The notes: generated from the sequence alone by a model not told the origin. DNA of 64,000 bases from an uncultured Planctomycetaceae bacterium (GCA_963779015.1 CAVZWY010000011.1:20344-84343); one strand, 5' to 3'; shown: positions 23,265-37,681, numbered from the stretch's first letter. Translations and numbers: made by a program.

Positions 23265-23708
23265 ACTAGCGCGGCGCGACGCGATGCGCAGTTGAGCGCG
23301 AGCCTGTTGCTCGGCCCGATCGCGAGCGGTCACCAGCTCCTCGCTGTTCGCTTTGCGGCGCTGTGCCTCGGAGAGCAACTCGGCGGCCACCTTGGCGTCC
23401 ACCGCGGCAGCCGGCAGGGCTCGGTTGGTCAGCACCGACACGACGTCGCCGGCCACTTGCACGAACCCGCCGTCGACATAGAACCGCTGGCTCTTACCGC
23501 CGGCCACGAGCCGCAATTCGCCGTAGCCCAAGCGGCCGATCAGCGGGGCCCTGCCAGGCGCGATGCCGATTTCGCCGTCATAGAGCGGCAAGGCGACAAA
23601 GTCGACCGGCTCTTCAAGGGCCGTGGCCTCGGGCGTGACGACCATCAGTTGAAGTTTGCGGCCGCCGGCGTGCAGCGGGCTATCGTGTTGTGAGGATTGA
23701 TCTGCCAT
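23265..23708 (-). CDS. atpC: F1 ATP synthase epsilon subunit (3' end uncertain; the ORF reads through to 23046)
   Basis: LQLMVVTPEATALEEPVDFVALPLYDGEIGIAPGRAPLIGRLGYGELRL matches the epsilon beta-sandwich; the C-terminal helical region ends around ...RAQLRIA; the extra 70 codons are implausible. Confidence 0.7.
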
Positions 23709-23784
23709 CGTTGATGCTCTATCGTGCTCCCTCCCCCGGCAGAGCCAGAGGTTGATTGGGCTTTGCCAATGTGCCGCCGGTCGA

Positions 23785-26194
<2,410 letters not shown>

Positions 26195-26254
26195 AGGTTT
26201 GCAAACTTCGTTCGTTGGTCTCTACGGATTCGCTGTGTTCGGCGCCGGCTGAGC

Positions 26255-27787
26255 TTACACGCGTGCCGTTGCCGGCGGCGTGAGCTGGAATTGTTTCTGG
26301 AACTCGGCAATCGCCGCGTTGATCGCGCCGGTGGTCTCGTCGTCCAGATCCTTCACTTCTTCGATCTTCCGGCGAATCTCCGGCTTCTGGTCGCTCATGA
26401 ACGTGAGGAATTCCTTCTCCCAGCGGCTGACCTCGTTGACCGGCACCTTGTCCAGGTGGCCGCGGGTGCCGGCATAGATGATGAAAACCTGATCGATCAC
26501 GTTGAGCGGCTGATACTGGCCCTGCTTGAGGATTTCGACCATGCGATAGCCGCGGTCGAGTCGCGATTGCGTGGCGGCGTCCAGGTCGGTGCCCAACTGG
26601 GCGAACGCTTCCAGTTCGCGGAAGGCGGCCAGGTCGAGACGCAAACCGCCGGCCACCTTGCGCATGGCTTTGATCTGGGCCGAACCGCCCACGCGCGACA
26701 CCGAGATGCCCACGTTCATGGCCGGACGAATACCGGCGAAGAACAAGTCGGGCTGCAGGTAAATCTGGCCGTCGGTGATGGAAATCACGTTGGTGGGAAT
26801 GTAGGCCGAGACTTCGCCTTCGAGCGTTTCGATGATGGGGAACGAGGTGAGTGATCCGCCCCCCTTCTCGGCGCTGAGCTTGGCCGAACGCTCGAGCAGC
26901 CGGCTGTGGGCGTAGAACACGTCGCCCGGATAGGCTTCGCGTCCCGGCGGACGCCGCATCAACAGCGACAACTGGCGATAGGCCGTGGCCTGCTTCGACA
27001 AGTCGTCGTAGATGATCAGCGCGTGCTCGCCCTTGTACATGAAGTATTCGGCCATGGCGGTGCCGGCATAGGGCGCGACGTACTGCAACGGCGCGGGATC
27101 GCTGGCGCCGGCCACCACGACCGTGGTGTAGTCCATGGCGCCTTTGGCCTTGAGCACTTCGATGACGCCGGCCACGGTCGACTCTTTTTGCCCGACCGCT
27201 ACGTAGAAGCACTTCACGCCGCTGTCGCGCTGGTTGAGGATGGCGTCGATGCCGATGGCGGTCTTGCCCGTCTTGCGGTCGCCGATGATCAGTTCGCGCT
27301 GGCCGCGTCCGATGGGGGTCATGGCGTCGATGGCCTTGATGCCCGTCTGCATCGGCTCTTTCACCGGCTGGCGCTCGGCCACGCCGGGGGCGTTGGTCTC
27401 GACGTCGCGGCGCTCGGTGGTGACGATGGGGCCCTTGCCGTCCAGGGGATTGCCGAGCGGGTCGACGACGCGGCCGATCACGGCATCGCCCACCGGCACG
27501 CTCAGCAGCTTGCCGGTGCTTTTGACCTCGTCGCCCTCGGTGATCGAGAGGTAGTCGCCGAGAATGATGACGCCCACCGACGTCTCTTCGAGGTTGAAGG
27601 CCAGGCCGATCGTGCCGTTGGGGAATTCGACCATTTCGCCGGCCATCACGCCGGACAGCCCGTACACGCGGGCGATGCCGTCGCCCACTTCGAGCACGCG
27701 ACCTACTTCGCGTACGTCGATCCGAGACTGGTATGTTTCAATTTCCGCTTGAATGACGGAAGCGATCTCGTCCGCTTTGAATCTCAT
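26255..27787 (-). CDS. atpA: F1 ATP synthase alpha subunit
   Basis: [10 protein letters not shown]-loop, full-length 510 aa, intact. Confidence 0.95.
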   Translation of the reverse strand: MRFKADEIASVIQAEIETYQSRIDVREVGRVLEVGDGIARVYGLSGVMAGEMVEFPNGTIGLAFNLEETSVGVIILGDYLSITEGDEVKSTGKLLSVPVGDAVIGRVVDPLGNPLDGKGPIVTTERRDVETNAPGVAERQPVKEPMQTGIKAIDAMTPIGRGQRELIIGDRKTGKTAIGIDAILNQRDSGVKCFYVAVGQKESTVAGVIEVLKAKGAMDYTTVVVAGASDPAPLQYVAPYAGTAMAEYFMYKGEHALIIYDDLSKQATAYRQLSLLMRRPPGREAYPGDVFYAHSRLLERSAKLSAEKGGGSLTSFPIIETLEGEVSAYIPTNVISITDGQIYLQPDLFFAGIRPAMNVGISVSRVGGSAQIKAMRKVAGGLRLDLAAFRELEAFAQLGTDLDAATQSRLDRGYRMVEILKQGQYQPLNVIDQVFIIYAGTRGHLDKVPVNEVSRWEKEFLTFMSDQKPEIRRKIEEVKDLDDETTGAINAAIAEFQKQFQLTPPATARV

Positions 27788-28376
27788 GAATGCTCCTCGT
27801 TATCATTTGCTCGCGGACCTGGCGCAATTGCCGGGAGAGCGAGCCGTCGTAGACTGTATCGCCAACGCGCAAGACGACTCCGCCGATCAACGCTGGATCG
27901 ATCGTCGCATCGACCAGCGGTTCGCCGCCCAGCAGGTGGCGCAATGCGCCGGCGAGATTTTGTGACTGGCCATCGGCCAGGGGAGCGGCCGTTTGCAGTT
28001 CGACCCGCACGCGGCCGCGTAGTTCATCGTAGAGCAGGCTCGTCTGCCGCGCCACGGGCCGCAAGATGTCGAGCCGGCCGTGGCGCGACAGCACCTTGAG
28101 AAAATCGAGCACCAGCGGCGAGAGTTTCGACCCGAAGACTCGGTCCAACACCTGGCATTTCTCTTCGTGGTCGATCAAGGCCGAGCCCAACACGTCGTCG
28201 AGCTTGGGAAACTCGCCCAGCACCTCGGCCGCCGCTTTGAGTTCCTCGACGGCGGCGTCCGCCTGGCCCAGCTTCTCCGCGGCGCCCAAGAGCGCCTTGG
28301 CATAGACCGTCGCCACCTGCTGCGCCGCGAAGTTGATCGCCGTGGACTTCGCTTTCTTCTGGGCGGAATCGATCAT
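27738..28376 (-). CDS. atpH: F1 ATP synthase delta (OSCP) subunit
   Basis: 212 aa with the OSCP-like helical N-domain; conserved position between atpF and atpA. Confidence 0.75.
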   Translation of the reverse strand: MIDSAQKKAKSTAINFAAQQVATVYAKALLGAAEKLGQADAAVEELKAAAEVLGEFPKLDDVLGSALIDHEEKCQVLDRVFGSKLSPLVLDFLKVLSRHGRLDILRPVARQTSLLYDELRGRVRVELQTAAPLADGQSQNLAGALRHLLGGEPLVDATIDPALIGGVVLRVGDTVYDGSLSRQLRQVREQMITRSIHEIQSGRDRFRHSSGN

Positions 28377-28424
28377 GGCTCGTACGTCATGCCTTGTTCG
28401 AGGGAACTGCTTTCGAGGGAAACG

Positions 28425-29102
28425 CTAGTTGGCGCTGGCGGTCGTTTCGGGGAATTTGGCCATCGCCTCTTGAATCAGCCGTTGGTGGTCTTCCGGCGAG
28501 AGCTTGGTTTGCAAGATTTTGCCGGCCAGATCGATGGCCAATTCGGCGCTGCGCTCGGCCAACGTCTTGAGCGCCGCGTCGGTTGCCGATTCGATATCGT
28601 GCAACGCCCGAGCCCGCTCCGCTTCGGCGCCCGCCTTGGCCTCGGCCAGGATCGACTGTTTGGTGTGCTCAGCGTCGCGGCGGGCTTCGTCCAACAACTC
28701 GCGAACCTCGTTGGCGGCCAGCGCGAGTTTTTGCTCGTACTGGGCCAACAGGTCCTTGGCCTCGTTGTGGTTTCGCTCGGCCTCGGAAATGTGGTTGGCG
28801 ATGCCTTGCTCGCGCCGTTCGAGCGCCTCGATGATCGGCTTCCAGGCGAACTTGCCCAGCACGACCAACAGGATGACGAACACCAGCAGCGTGAACAGCG
28901 CCAAATCGGGGTCAGCCGACAACGGATCGCTGGCGTTGCCCTTGAAGCCGGGGTCGCTATGCGCCGCCCCTTCCAGGTGCTTTTCGGCGGCTTTCAATTC
29001 GTCGTCCAGCGATTCGTGTTCTTGCGCGACGGTGTTCGCCGCGGACACAAGCAGGGCGCAGCACGCCACGGCGAGGATCATCATCGTTCGAAACCAGTCC
29101 AT
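28425..29102 (-). CDS. atpF: Fo ATP synthase b subunit (true start at ATG 29102; the upstream part of the 454-aa ORF is spurious)
   Basis: MDWFRTMMILAV..., TM helix LALFTLLVFVILLVVLG, then a long coiled-coil. Confidence 0.8.
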   Translation of the reverse strand: MDWFRTMMILAVACCALLVSAANTVAQEHESLDDELKAAEKHLEGAAHSDPGFKGNASDPLSADPDLALFTLLVFVILLVVLGKFAWKPIIEALERREQGIANHISEAERNHNEAKDLLAQYEQKLALAANEVRELLDEARRDAEHTKQSILAEAKAGAEAERARALHDIESATDAALKTLAERSAELAIDLAGKILQTKLSPEDHQRLIQEAMAKFPETTASAN

Positions 29103-29155
29103 AACGCCTCCGCGATGAACCCGCAGCTCGGCTGTGAGCCTGCGGGATTGTGAGC

Positions 29156-29473
<318 letters not shown>

Positions 29474-29539
29474 CTAGAAAGCGTGAGAGAAAATAGTTCG
29501 GTTCAGTCGATTGCAAGTTCCAAATAACGGCCTGGGGCG

Positions 29540-30565
29540 CTAGTGCGGATGCACCGCCATGCCGATAAACAACGCCGACAAAAACGTGAAGATATAGGCC
29601 TGAATGAACGCCACCAGCAGTTCCAACAGGCTGAGCGCCACCAATCCCAGCACGCTGGCCGGAGTGACCGCGTACCAGGCCATGCTCGAATAGCTGGCGG
29701 TAATGAACGTCAGGATGACGACCAACACCAGGTGGCCGGCCATCATGTTGGCCAACAGACGCATGGCCAGGATGAAGTGCTTGATGCACAACCCAATGAT
29801 TTCGATCACGAAGATCATCGGCTTGAGCAATACCGAGATCGGGCCCGGCAAATCCATGTGGGGCACCTGCGCCAGCCAGAAGCGAATCGGCCCGAGCTTG
29901 GCCATGCCCGAGAAGACCACGACGCCAAAGGTGGTCAGCGCCATTGCGCCCGTCGTGGCCAAGGCGCCGGTGGCGCTGCCGCCCCAGGGCAGCAGGCCGA
30001 ACAGGTTGCAGCCAACCACGAAGACAAACACGGTCAGCAGGTAGGGCAGAAATCGATCGGCGTCGTGACGGCCGATGGCGGGCCGGGCAACCTCGTCCCG
30101 AATGAAAACCACCAGCGACTCGAGCAGATTCGCCAGCCGGCCACGTGGCGCTCCACCCCGTTTGATCCGCATGGCAGCCAAACTGAACAGCACGATCAGC
30201 AGCACGGCCACGATCGCTTCCAGGATCATGAACTTGGTGAGCTTCAGATCGAATGGCTCGATGCGATCGTCGATCGGCGCGAACCCGACTGCCGGCTGCA
30301 GGATGGGCTCTGCGGTCTTGAACGGCTGGGGAATCGTCAGCTTGCCGCCCAGCATGCGCGGCAACTCGAAATACTCCGCGTCCTTGACGTGCCCGATCAG
30401 ATGGTCTTTGTCGAACGGATTGTGCGCGGCATGCGCGCCGGCGGCATGCTCGGCATCGCCGTGACCGGCGTCTGCATGAAGCGTGCTGCCTTGATCGGCG
30501 GCGTGGGCCGCCTCGTCGTGCGAGGCGGCGGCTTGTGCGTGTTCGTCTTGTTTCTCGTCGGCCAT
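29540..30565 (-). CDS. atpB: Fo ATP synthase a subunit
   Basis: Conserved LAMRLLANMMAGHLVL with the essential Arg; start taken at MADEKQDEH (30565). Confidence 0.85.
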   Translation of the reverse strand: MADEKQDEHAQAAASHDEAAHAADQGSTLHADAGHGDAEHAAGAHAAHNPFDKDHLIGHVKDAEYFELPRMLGGKLTIPQPFKTAEPILQPAVGFAPIDDRIEPFDLKLTKFMILEAIVAVLLIVLFSLAAMRIKRGGAPRGRLANLLESLVVFIRDEVARPAIGRHDADRFLPYLLTVFVFVVGCNLFGLLPWGGSATGALATTGAMALTTFGVVVFSGMAKLGPIRFWLAQVPHMDLPGPISVLLKPMIFVIEIIGLCIKHFILAMRLLANMMAGHLVLVVILTFITASYSSMAWYAVTPASVLGLVALSLLELLVAFIQAYIFTFLSALFIGMAVHPH

Positions 30566-30572
30566 GACTCGT

Positions 30573-31007
30573 TTAGATTGCCTTCTGCGAGTGACTGTCC
30601 CTGGAAACCTGCGCGACGGCCAGCGCCGTCTCAATCGCCAGCGCGACCATGTAGAACCCGAGCAGGTAGAAGATCATCCCGTTGGTGGCCAGCCTGGGCA
30701 GTTGCACGTGCAACGTGACGCCCAGGCCCAAGGTAAGAAACATCCGCAACAGCATGGCGACGCCCGTGGCGTAGACCGAGCCACTGGGAAGCAGCGAAGC
30801 AATGGCCAGCGCCGCGACCGCGCCGATCCAGCAAATGCCCAGCGCCAGCGTGGCCGCCGAAAGTCCGGCGGCGCTACCCAGCGCAAGTGCAACAGGCGCG
30901 ATTCCAACGCCAGCCGTCGCCAGCGCGGCGGTCAGCAGACCCAAGCGCGCGAGGAAACCGAGCCCCCCCAGCCTATTCCAAATGATCGTGTTTCGACTGC
31001 CCGACAT
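30573..31007 (-). CDS. atpI: ATP synthase protein I-like small hydrophobic protein
   Basis: Four predicted TM segments; positioned immediately upstream of atpB. Confidence 0.45.
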   Translation of the reverse strand: MSGSRNTIIWNRLGGLGFLARLGLLTAALATAGVGIAPVALALGSAAGLSAATLALGICWIGAVAALAIASLLPSGSVYATGVAMLLRMFLTLGLGVTLHVQLPRLATNGMIFYLLGFYMVALAIETALAVAQVSRDSHSQKAI

Positions 31008-31302
31008 CTTTATGTCCGCCGCTTGGCGTCGAGCGATTCTTGGCGATTCGCACGAGCGCCGAGGTCGCCAGGGTGGCGCCGGCCGCAAACCCCAACAGCA
31101 AGAACACCACCCGGGTGCCTAGCCATCGATCCAACAGATGCCCCAACAGCCCTGGAACGACCATCTCGGCCGAGATGGTCATGATCGTCGCCGCCCATCC
31201 CAGGGCAATGGCCATCGGCGAGCGATCGTCTGGGGATTCTGCCACGCTGGCTGCTTCCCGCCCCGTGAGAATGACCCGAAACCGGCCTTCGAGCCCCTCC
31301 AA
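30973..31302 (-). CDS. atpZ: AtpZ/AtpI-family small membrane protein (first gene of the operon; start may be at 31215)
   Basis: MAIALGWAATIMTISAEMVVPGLLGHLLDRWLGT...VVFLLLGFAAGATLATSALV, a two-TM protein. Confidence 0.45.
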   Translation of the reverse strand: MEGLEGRFRVILTGREAASVAESPDDRSPMAIALGWAATIMTISAEMVVPGLLGHLLDRWLGTRVVFLLLGFAAGATLATSALVRIAKNRSTPSGGHKDVGQSKHDHLE

Positions 31303-31421
31303 ACCGCCATATCACCGCCCGTGCGGTGCCGTTAAAAACTTGTAAGGCTGGCCATCGTAGTCGTGGAAAAAAAGGGTGTCAACCGGCCAGCGGACCGAAT
31401 TCGTGTTTTTTTTCACAAAGT

Positions 31422-31452
31422 CATTATCTGGCCCTAAGCCCCCGTTGTCAAA
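31422..31452 (-). promoter_or_regulatory. Candidate sigma70-like promoter for the atp operon (minus strand: TTGACA-N19-ATAATG)
   Basis: tgtcaa at 31447-31452 and cattat at 31422-31427 on the top strand, i.e. TTGACA/ATAATG on the minus strand, about 110 nt upstream of atpZ. Confidence 0.25.
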
Positions 31453-32025
31453 TGCGTTACTTTGACTGTCGCTGGGCGACTTAAGGCGAGATTGGGCTTG
31501 GGGATGCCCCTAAAGACATTGCGCGGCCAAATCATGCCGTTGTGTGTCGTTTCCGCACGCGGCTGGGAACCTAAAACAAGCCGGTAGATCGAACCTAAAG
31601 CTAGCAGCAGCTTGGGTTCCGGACGATTTGTCCGGTGTGCGGGCCGTTGCAAAAACCAGGCCGCTTGATTAGACTTGCGTATGCGAGGTAGATGTGCTTT
31701 ACACAGCCATCCGGTCTGTCGACGAGCACCCCGCCTGAAAGGTGGATTTCGCTGAGCAGCAAGCCACTGTGCAGTTCCCCCCAAAGCTGCACAGCTTGCA
31801 AGACCGCGTGCGACATCCACCCTGACCGTACGGTCTCCATTTTGACGGAGCGCTACAGCCTGTGGCGAACATGGCTGATAACTGCCTCGTCACCTCATGC
31901 GGCTATGGACTGCCGGGGAGGGTTCGAGCGTTTTATCCAGTCAAGGACGACGCTCAAACCACGGCTTCCTGTTCGAAGAGTGCTTATGACAAGCACTCGC
32001 TCGGACCCATGCGGAGGTAAGTCCA

Positions 32026-33146
32026 TTGATCACCGCAGCTAGTCTCAAATCACGATCTCTCAAAGATTTGTCGCAGATGGCCAAACAAGGTGGCGTCCGC
32101 GGCTGGCACAGCATGCGCAAGGACCAACTGGTCAAGGCGCTGTTGACGGCCGCGAAAACCAAGAGTTCGGCCACCAACGGCAAAAAGATCGCCGCGCCGG
32201 CCCGCCGCTCCACGGCCAAGACCAACGGCACGGCCACGGCTCACAAGCCCGCCAACGGCCGCGTGCAACGGCATCTGAGCAAGATCAAAGCCCAACTCGA
32301 ACGCGCCAAGAACGTGTCGGTCGGCAATGGCAAGCCCAAGAAGCGCGCCGTGACCGAGCGCATCGTGGTGATGGTGCGCGATCCTTACTGGCTGCACGCC
32401 TATTGGGAAGTCAAACGGCAAAGCGTCGAGCGCGTGCAAGCCGCGATGAAGCAGGATTGGCATGCGGCGAGTCCGTATCTCCGCTTGCTGGAAGTTTCGG
32501 ATCCGGGTTCGAGCAGCGCTTCGGAACGCGTGGTGCGCGATATCGAAGTTCACGGCGGCGTCAACAACTGGTACGTCCACGTCGACGACTCGCCCAGCAG
32601 TTATCGCTTGGAACTTGGCTACCTCGGCGCCGAGGGCGCTTTTATCCGCTGGTCCGCTCGAATGTCGTGACCACGCCCGAGCCGGGCTCGAGCGACGCGA
32701 TCGACGAGAACTGGACGGAAGTGGCCGAAAACTTCGACAAGATCTACGCCATGAGCGGCGGCTATTCGGCGGACAACAACAGCCTGGAGTTGCAGGAGCT
32801 TTTCGAAGAGCGGCTGCGCCGCCCGATGGGCTCGCCAATGGTCACCCGCTTTGGACCGGGCATGGAAGGTTTGTTTCCGCAGCAGTGCGACTTCCGCTTC
32901 GAAGTGGATGCCGAGATGATCGTGTACGGTGTGACCAATCCGGACACGCACGTCAGCTTGCGCGGCGAACCGGTTCGCATCCGTCCCGACGGCACGTTCA
33001 CGGTGCGGATGAGCCTGCCCAACCAGCGGCAAGTCATTCCGGTCGTGGCCAGCTCGGCCAACGGCGGCGAGCAACGTACGATCGTGCTGGCCGTGGAGCG
33101 CAACACGAAGGTGATGGAGCCGGTGGTGCGCGAGGCCAACGACTAG
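32026..33146 (+). CDS. Rho_N-domain / DUF4912-domain protein; apparent frameshift near 32650
   Basis: SLKDLSQMAKQGGVRGWHSMRKDQLVKALL (Rho termination factor N-terminal-like), then DPYWLHAYWEV (DUF4912 hallmark); the C-terminal half is in ORF 32403-33146. Confidence 0.6.
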
Positions 33147-33491
33147 TGCTCTGTGAACGCTCAATTTTGGAGCTCACGTTTTCGGCGGAGCACCAGGTAT
33201 TTGCCTGACGCCGAACAACTTGCGTGTGCGGCCGTCGTGCCGCATCACCCCAAGTTTTGGGTTTGACGCAGCACCAGGTTGGCGGAATTCGTCGGGTCAA
33301 AAACCAGCTCGGGCTAACAAGTGCTTCTTGTCTCGTTGCGGCCTGCGCGCACAATTCGTGCGGTGGATTTCTTTCGCCGCGCGGCAAATGCCGCGGTTTT
33401 GCCAGTTGGAGCCGCTGCTCTTCACGCCTGCGCGGCGTGTTGTCTAGAATAGGCTTGTTCGCTGAAAATCTTCCTTTGCCTCGGACGACGC

Positions 33492-34298
33492 GTGTCCAAA
33501 GACATTTCCAAAACGCTCGACGGCTGGGATTACGATCCCGAGCAGATGTCGGTACGCATCGTGCCGGGCGACGACGGCAGCGAGAAGATCCAATTGCGGC
33601 TCGATCTGGGCCTGATGCAAATGGAATTCGACGGGCGTCCCGACGGCCAGCGCGTCAGGGATTGCCCCTCTTGGCTCGACTATCTCCAGCAGCAGCAACG
33701 CGAGCACGACCAGCGCCATCCGGACGGCCCGGCGTTCTTGCTGGAAAGCGAAGATTGCCAGCAATTGCTGCGCGAGGGCGTGCAGTACTATCACCGCTAT
33801 GTGAGCTTCTGGCACTTGCAACGCTATGAGCTGTGTGCCCGCGACACCAACCGCAATCTGCGATTGTTCGCCTTTGTGCGCGAACACGCGCGGCACATGA
33901 AAGACAAGCTGCAATTCGACCAATGGCGACCCTACGTGACCATGATGCACGCGCGGGCGGTGGCCACGCCGCTATTGGAGTTGCGCGACTATCGCGCCGC
34001 GCTGGGAGCCATCGACGCGGCGATCGAAGGCATCCGCCGGTTTCTCGAGGAGTACGAACAAACCCAGCACGAGGAGAATTGCAGCGAACTGACGTTCCTG
34101 CTGAAGTGGCGTGAGGACGTGGCCAATCGAGCCGAGGACCGGGCGTCGGAGAAGCCCTATAACCCGATGGACCGCCTGCTGGCCGAACTCGACGTGGCCG
34201 TGCGCGAGGAACGTTTCGAGGACGCCGCGCAGTTGCGCGATACGATTCGCCAGCACACGCAAGGCAGCAGCGGCCGGGGCACATCCGGTCCACTCTAG
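33492..34298 (+). CDS. Hypothetical protein with C-terminal UVR (UvrB/UvrC-type) motif
   Basis: LLAELDVAVREERFEDAAQLRDTIRQ at the C-terminus. Confidence 0.5.
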   Translation: MSKDISKTLDGWDYDPEQMSVRIVPGDDGSEKIQLRLDLGLMQMEFDGRPDGQRVRDCPSWLDYLQQQQREHDQRHPDGPAFLLESEDCQQLLREGVQYYHRYVSFWHLQRYELCARDTNRNLRLFAFVREHARHMKDKLQFDQWRPYVTMMHARAVATPLLELRDYRAALGAIDAAIEGIRRFLEEYEQTQHEENCSELTFLLKWREDVANRAEDRASEKPYNPMDRLLAELDVAVREERFEDAAQLRDTIRQHTQGSSGRGTSGPL

Positions 34299-34680
34299 CG
34301 CCAGGCGTTGGTTCGTCGGCCACGGCAACATTCCTCCGGTTCACCCCCGTAAATCCCCTGCAACCGGTCCTGGGTGCCGGGCGGCTCAACGGGGTCATGC
34401 CAACGGCTTTCGGCTGCGTTTCGGGGAAGTTTGACAGTCGAAAACCGGCTATTTACACTGAGTTAGGACATTTGCCCAGCCGCACGCATCGCGTGTGGTC
34501 CGCGCACCGCCCCAGTGCTCATCTTTGGACGTTGCGGAGGTCGGGCAGGCACCGGTTTCAACTCGTCAGTCTGGATTCGTCACGCATCCCGTAAGCCACG
34601 GAGAGTTTACGCGCCTGCCAGTTCTGCCCTTTGGGTTGGAATCCGCGCCGCGCAAGCTCGCTTCTGGAGAACACCTTCGA

Positions 34681-36086
34681 TGGCCGCTCGCGAAAACCAG
34701 GGATTGCAGATCGCGCTGATCATCTTCGTGATGCTCACGATCGTGCTGATCGTGACCACGTTCGTGTTTTTCAACAGCTATAAGGAAGGGCAAGAACGGA
34801 TTGCGACGTTGCAGGCGGACAACGCCTCCAAGGACCAGGCGACTCACCAGGCGCTGGACGAGAGCAGCGTGATCAAGGGGCTGTTGGATCCCAAGCTGGA
34901 AAACACGGAAGCCATGACGAAGGCGGCCAATGAGGACTTCGAAAAATTCGGCAAGGGACTGGCCGACGTGGACCAGAACTACCGTGCCCTGGTCGCCCAC
35001 ATCAACACGGAACTGGTGAAGGCGAACAATTCGATCGCCGACATCACGGCGCAGAAGAAAGAGCTGGCCGACAAGCTGGCCGCCGAGGAAGCCGCCACGA
35101 AAAAGGCCATCGAGCAGTACACCGCCACGATCGCCAAAGTCACGACCAACGCGCAAACCGAACAGAAGCAGTTCGATGCGGACCGCGAGCGAATGAAGAC
35201 GGAGAACGGCGAACTGAACACCAAGTTCGAAGATACTCGCAAGCGCTTCGACGATCTAACGCGAACCAGCTCCACGCAAATAGCGGGTTTGACCGAACAA
35301 CTCGCCAAGTTGCAAAAATTGCTGGAGTTGATGAACATCGACAAGAACCGCGAGACCGCGGCCAACGAAGTTCCCGACGGCAAGGTCAACTGGGTCAACC
35401 AGCGGACGCGCACCGTGTGGATCAATGTCGGCAGCGACGACGGGCTGCGGCAGCAAATGGCCTTTAGCATCTATCCCGAGGTGACGGCCAATCCGGCGGA
35501 TGCGCCGAGCAAGGGCAAGATACAGGTCACCCGCATGATGGGTCCGCACATGGCCGAGGCCCGCATCGTTGAAGACGATCTCTCGAATCCAATCATGCCG
35601 GGCGACCGGATCTTTTCACCTACTTGGGAACCCGGCCGCGCGGAGCACTTTGCGCTGGTCGGCGAAATGGACATCGACGACGACGGCTCGGACGATCGCC
35701 AAATGTTGCGCAATTTGATCGTTGCCAATGGTGGCGTGATCGACGAAGAAATCGGTCTCGATGGCACGAAGACGGGTGAAATGTCGATCAACACGAAGTA
35801 TCTCATCCACGGCAACGTGCCCAAGGCGCAGAAGGACAGTCCTGCGTTGCAAGGATGGAGCGACATTCACGGAGAGGCCGATACGCTGGGAATCAAATCG
35901 ATCGGCGTGCACGCGTTTCTCGACTATATGGGCTACGAGCCCCAGGAGCGCACGGTGGGATTGGGACCCAAGAGCAAGTCTTCCGATTTCAAGCCGCGCT
36001 TGCCCGAAGGCGTGCAGCGCATTTTGCCGGGCGACAAAGTCCACGACTTACGGCCTCGCAGTCCGTCGCGGCAGGACTACGAATAG
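34681..36086 (+). CDS. Membrane-anchored coiled-coil protein (hypothetical)
   Basis: N-terminal TM helix (LQIALIIFVMLTIVLIVTTFVFF), ~250 aa of coiled-coil, then a globular C-terminal domain. Confidence 0.5.
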
Positions 36087-36241
36087 TGCATTGCGCGGGC
36101 CGTTGGCTGCAGCGTGCGTCGTGCGCGACTTGATTTCCATCGCCAGGGGGGCGAAACTGGCAGGGTGCGGCGGCGAGCCGCGCCTGCCCAAGCTAGCGCG
36201 GCCCCGCCCTCCCCATCCGCGCCGTTTCCGAGGTTCAAAGC

Positions 36242-36520
36242 ATGCCCACGCCGCTCGACGCCCCCGAATTGCTCGAACGTGAATTTCTAGAGATTCGCGC
36301 GCGGCTGTTGCACATTGCGTCCTCGTTCGACCGGATGGACCGCGCCGAGGGTTCGGTCGCGGAGGATCCGCGGTTAGCGAAAATCGCCGAAGCCTTGGCC
36401 ATCTTGAGCGATGGCAAGCCGGACCGCGCCGAGCGCATCCAACTGGTATTCTCGCGGCCGTACGAGTCGGACTGGCGAGCCGCATTGCCTCCCCTTGGCG
36501 CCAATTCGAAAGCCCGTTAA
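36242..36520 (+). CDS. Hypothetical small protein
   Basis: 92-aa ORF with coding-like composition upstream of the TatD-like gene. Confidence 0.3.
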   Translation: MPTPLDAPELLEREFLEIRARLLHIASSFDRMDRAEGSVAEDPRLAKIAEALAILSDGKPDRAERIQLVFSRPYESDWRAALPPLGANSKAR

Positions 36521-36577
36521 GTATCGCCCCGCCACAGCGAAATCGACCGCCGGCCCCGGCGTCCCAGAGCAAACCTT

Positions 36578-37408
36578 ATGTACTACATCGATCCGCACAT
36601 CCACATGGTCTCGCGTGTCACCGACGACTACGAGACGCTGGCCAAAATGGGCTGCGTCGCCATGAGCGAGCCGGCGTTTTGGGCAGGCTTCGACCGCGGC
36701 AGCGTCGATGGCTTTCGCGATTACTTTCGCCAGTTGACCGAGTTCGAGACCAAGCGGGCCGGTTGGTACAAGGTGCAACACTACACCTGGCTGTGCATCA
36801 ACGCCAAGGAAGCCGAGAACGTCAAGCTGTCGCGCGAAGTGATCGCCATGATCCCCGAGTTTTTGGATTGCCCCGGCGTGCTGGGCATCGGCGAGATCGG
36901 GCTGAACAAAAATACCAAGAACGAAGCGATCATCTTCCTGGAACACCTCGACCTGGCCGCCAAGACCGACGAGCAGATTCTGATTCATACGCCGCACCTG
37001 GAAGACAAGTACCAGGGAACGCGGATGATTCTGGACATGCTGTGTGACGACAGCCGGCTCGACCATCAGCGGGTGCTGGTCGACCACGTCGAAGAGCACA
37101 CGATTCGCGCCGTGTTGGACGAGGGCTTTTGGGCCGGCATGACGCTCTATCCCACCAGCAAGTGCACGCCCGAGCGAGCGGTCGACATGGTCGAGATGTA
37201 CGGTCCGGAGCGGCTGCTGGTGAACTCGGCGGGCGACTGGGGCCCCTCGAAGCCGACGGCCGTGCCCGACTTCATCCTGGCCATGCGGCTGCGCGGCCAT
37301 CCGGAAAGCCTGATCCGCCGCGTGGTCTATGAAAACCCGGTGAAGTTCTTCAGCCAGAGCCGGAATTTCGACTTCACGCCGCCGGAAGTGTTTGAGCAGC
37401 AGTTTTAG
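36578..37408 (+). CDS. TatD-like metal-dependent hydrolase (TIM-barrel amidohydrolase superfamily)
   Basis: MYYIDPHIHM (N-terminal HxH metal ligands), ILIHTPH, downstream DH and D ligands; 276 aa. Confidence 0.55.
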   Translation: MYYIDPHIHMVSRVTDDYETLAKMGCVAMSEPAFWAGFDRGSVDGFRDYFRQLTEFETKRAGWYKVQHYTWLCINAKEAENVKLSREVIAMIPEFLDCPGVLGIGEIGLNKNTKNEAIIFLEHLDLAAKTDEQILIHTPHLEDKYQGTRMILDMLCDDSRLDHQRVLVDHVEEHTIRAVLDEGFWAGMTLYPTSKCTPERAVDMVEMYGPERLLVNSAGDWGPSKPTAVPDFILAMRLRGHPESLIRRVVYENPVKFFSQSRNFDFTPPEVFEQQF

Positions 37409-37453
37409 ATTGGCGAATTGCAGACCGCCCAACCGTACGCCGGAGAGAAAGCC

Positions 37454-37681
37454 ATGAAACTCGAGCGGATCACCGTTGATTCGGAAAAAATGGGCGGAGT
37501 ACCGTGCATTCGCGATCTACGAATTCCGGTTGCCACGGTGGTGAGCATGGTGGCTGACGGGATGAGCGCGGCCGAGATTCTCAAGGCATATCCGGATCTT
37601 GAAGCCGACGACATTCGTGAATCCCTGGTATTCGCGGCCGAGGCCCTGCGCGAACGCGAGTTGCCCGCGGTCAAGCCGTGA
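37454..37681 (+). CDS. DUF433 family protein (putative antitoxin)
   Basis: GGVPCIRDLRIPVATVVSMVADGMSAAEILKAYPDLEADDIRESL is the DUF433 signature. Confidence 0.6.
   Translation: MKLERITVDSEKMGGVPCIRDLRIPVATVVSMVADGMSAAEILKAYPDLEADDIRESLVFAAEALRERELPAVKP

Noticed and set aside
31434-32042. ORFs 31434-31820(-) and 31692-32042(+), and the possibility of an RNA gene (tmRNA, RNase P, SRP or tRNA) in the long intergenic region
   Set aside because: The ORFs have no coding-like features and lie in the divergent promoter region. I found no GGTTCGANTCC T-loop, no tmRNA tag-peptide frame and no RNase P P4 motif. This stays unresolved rather than called.
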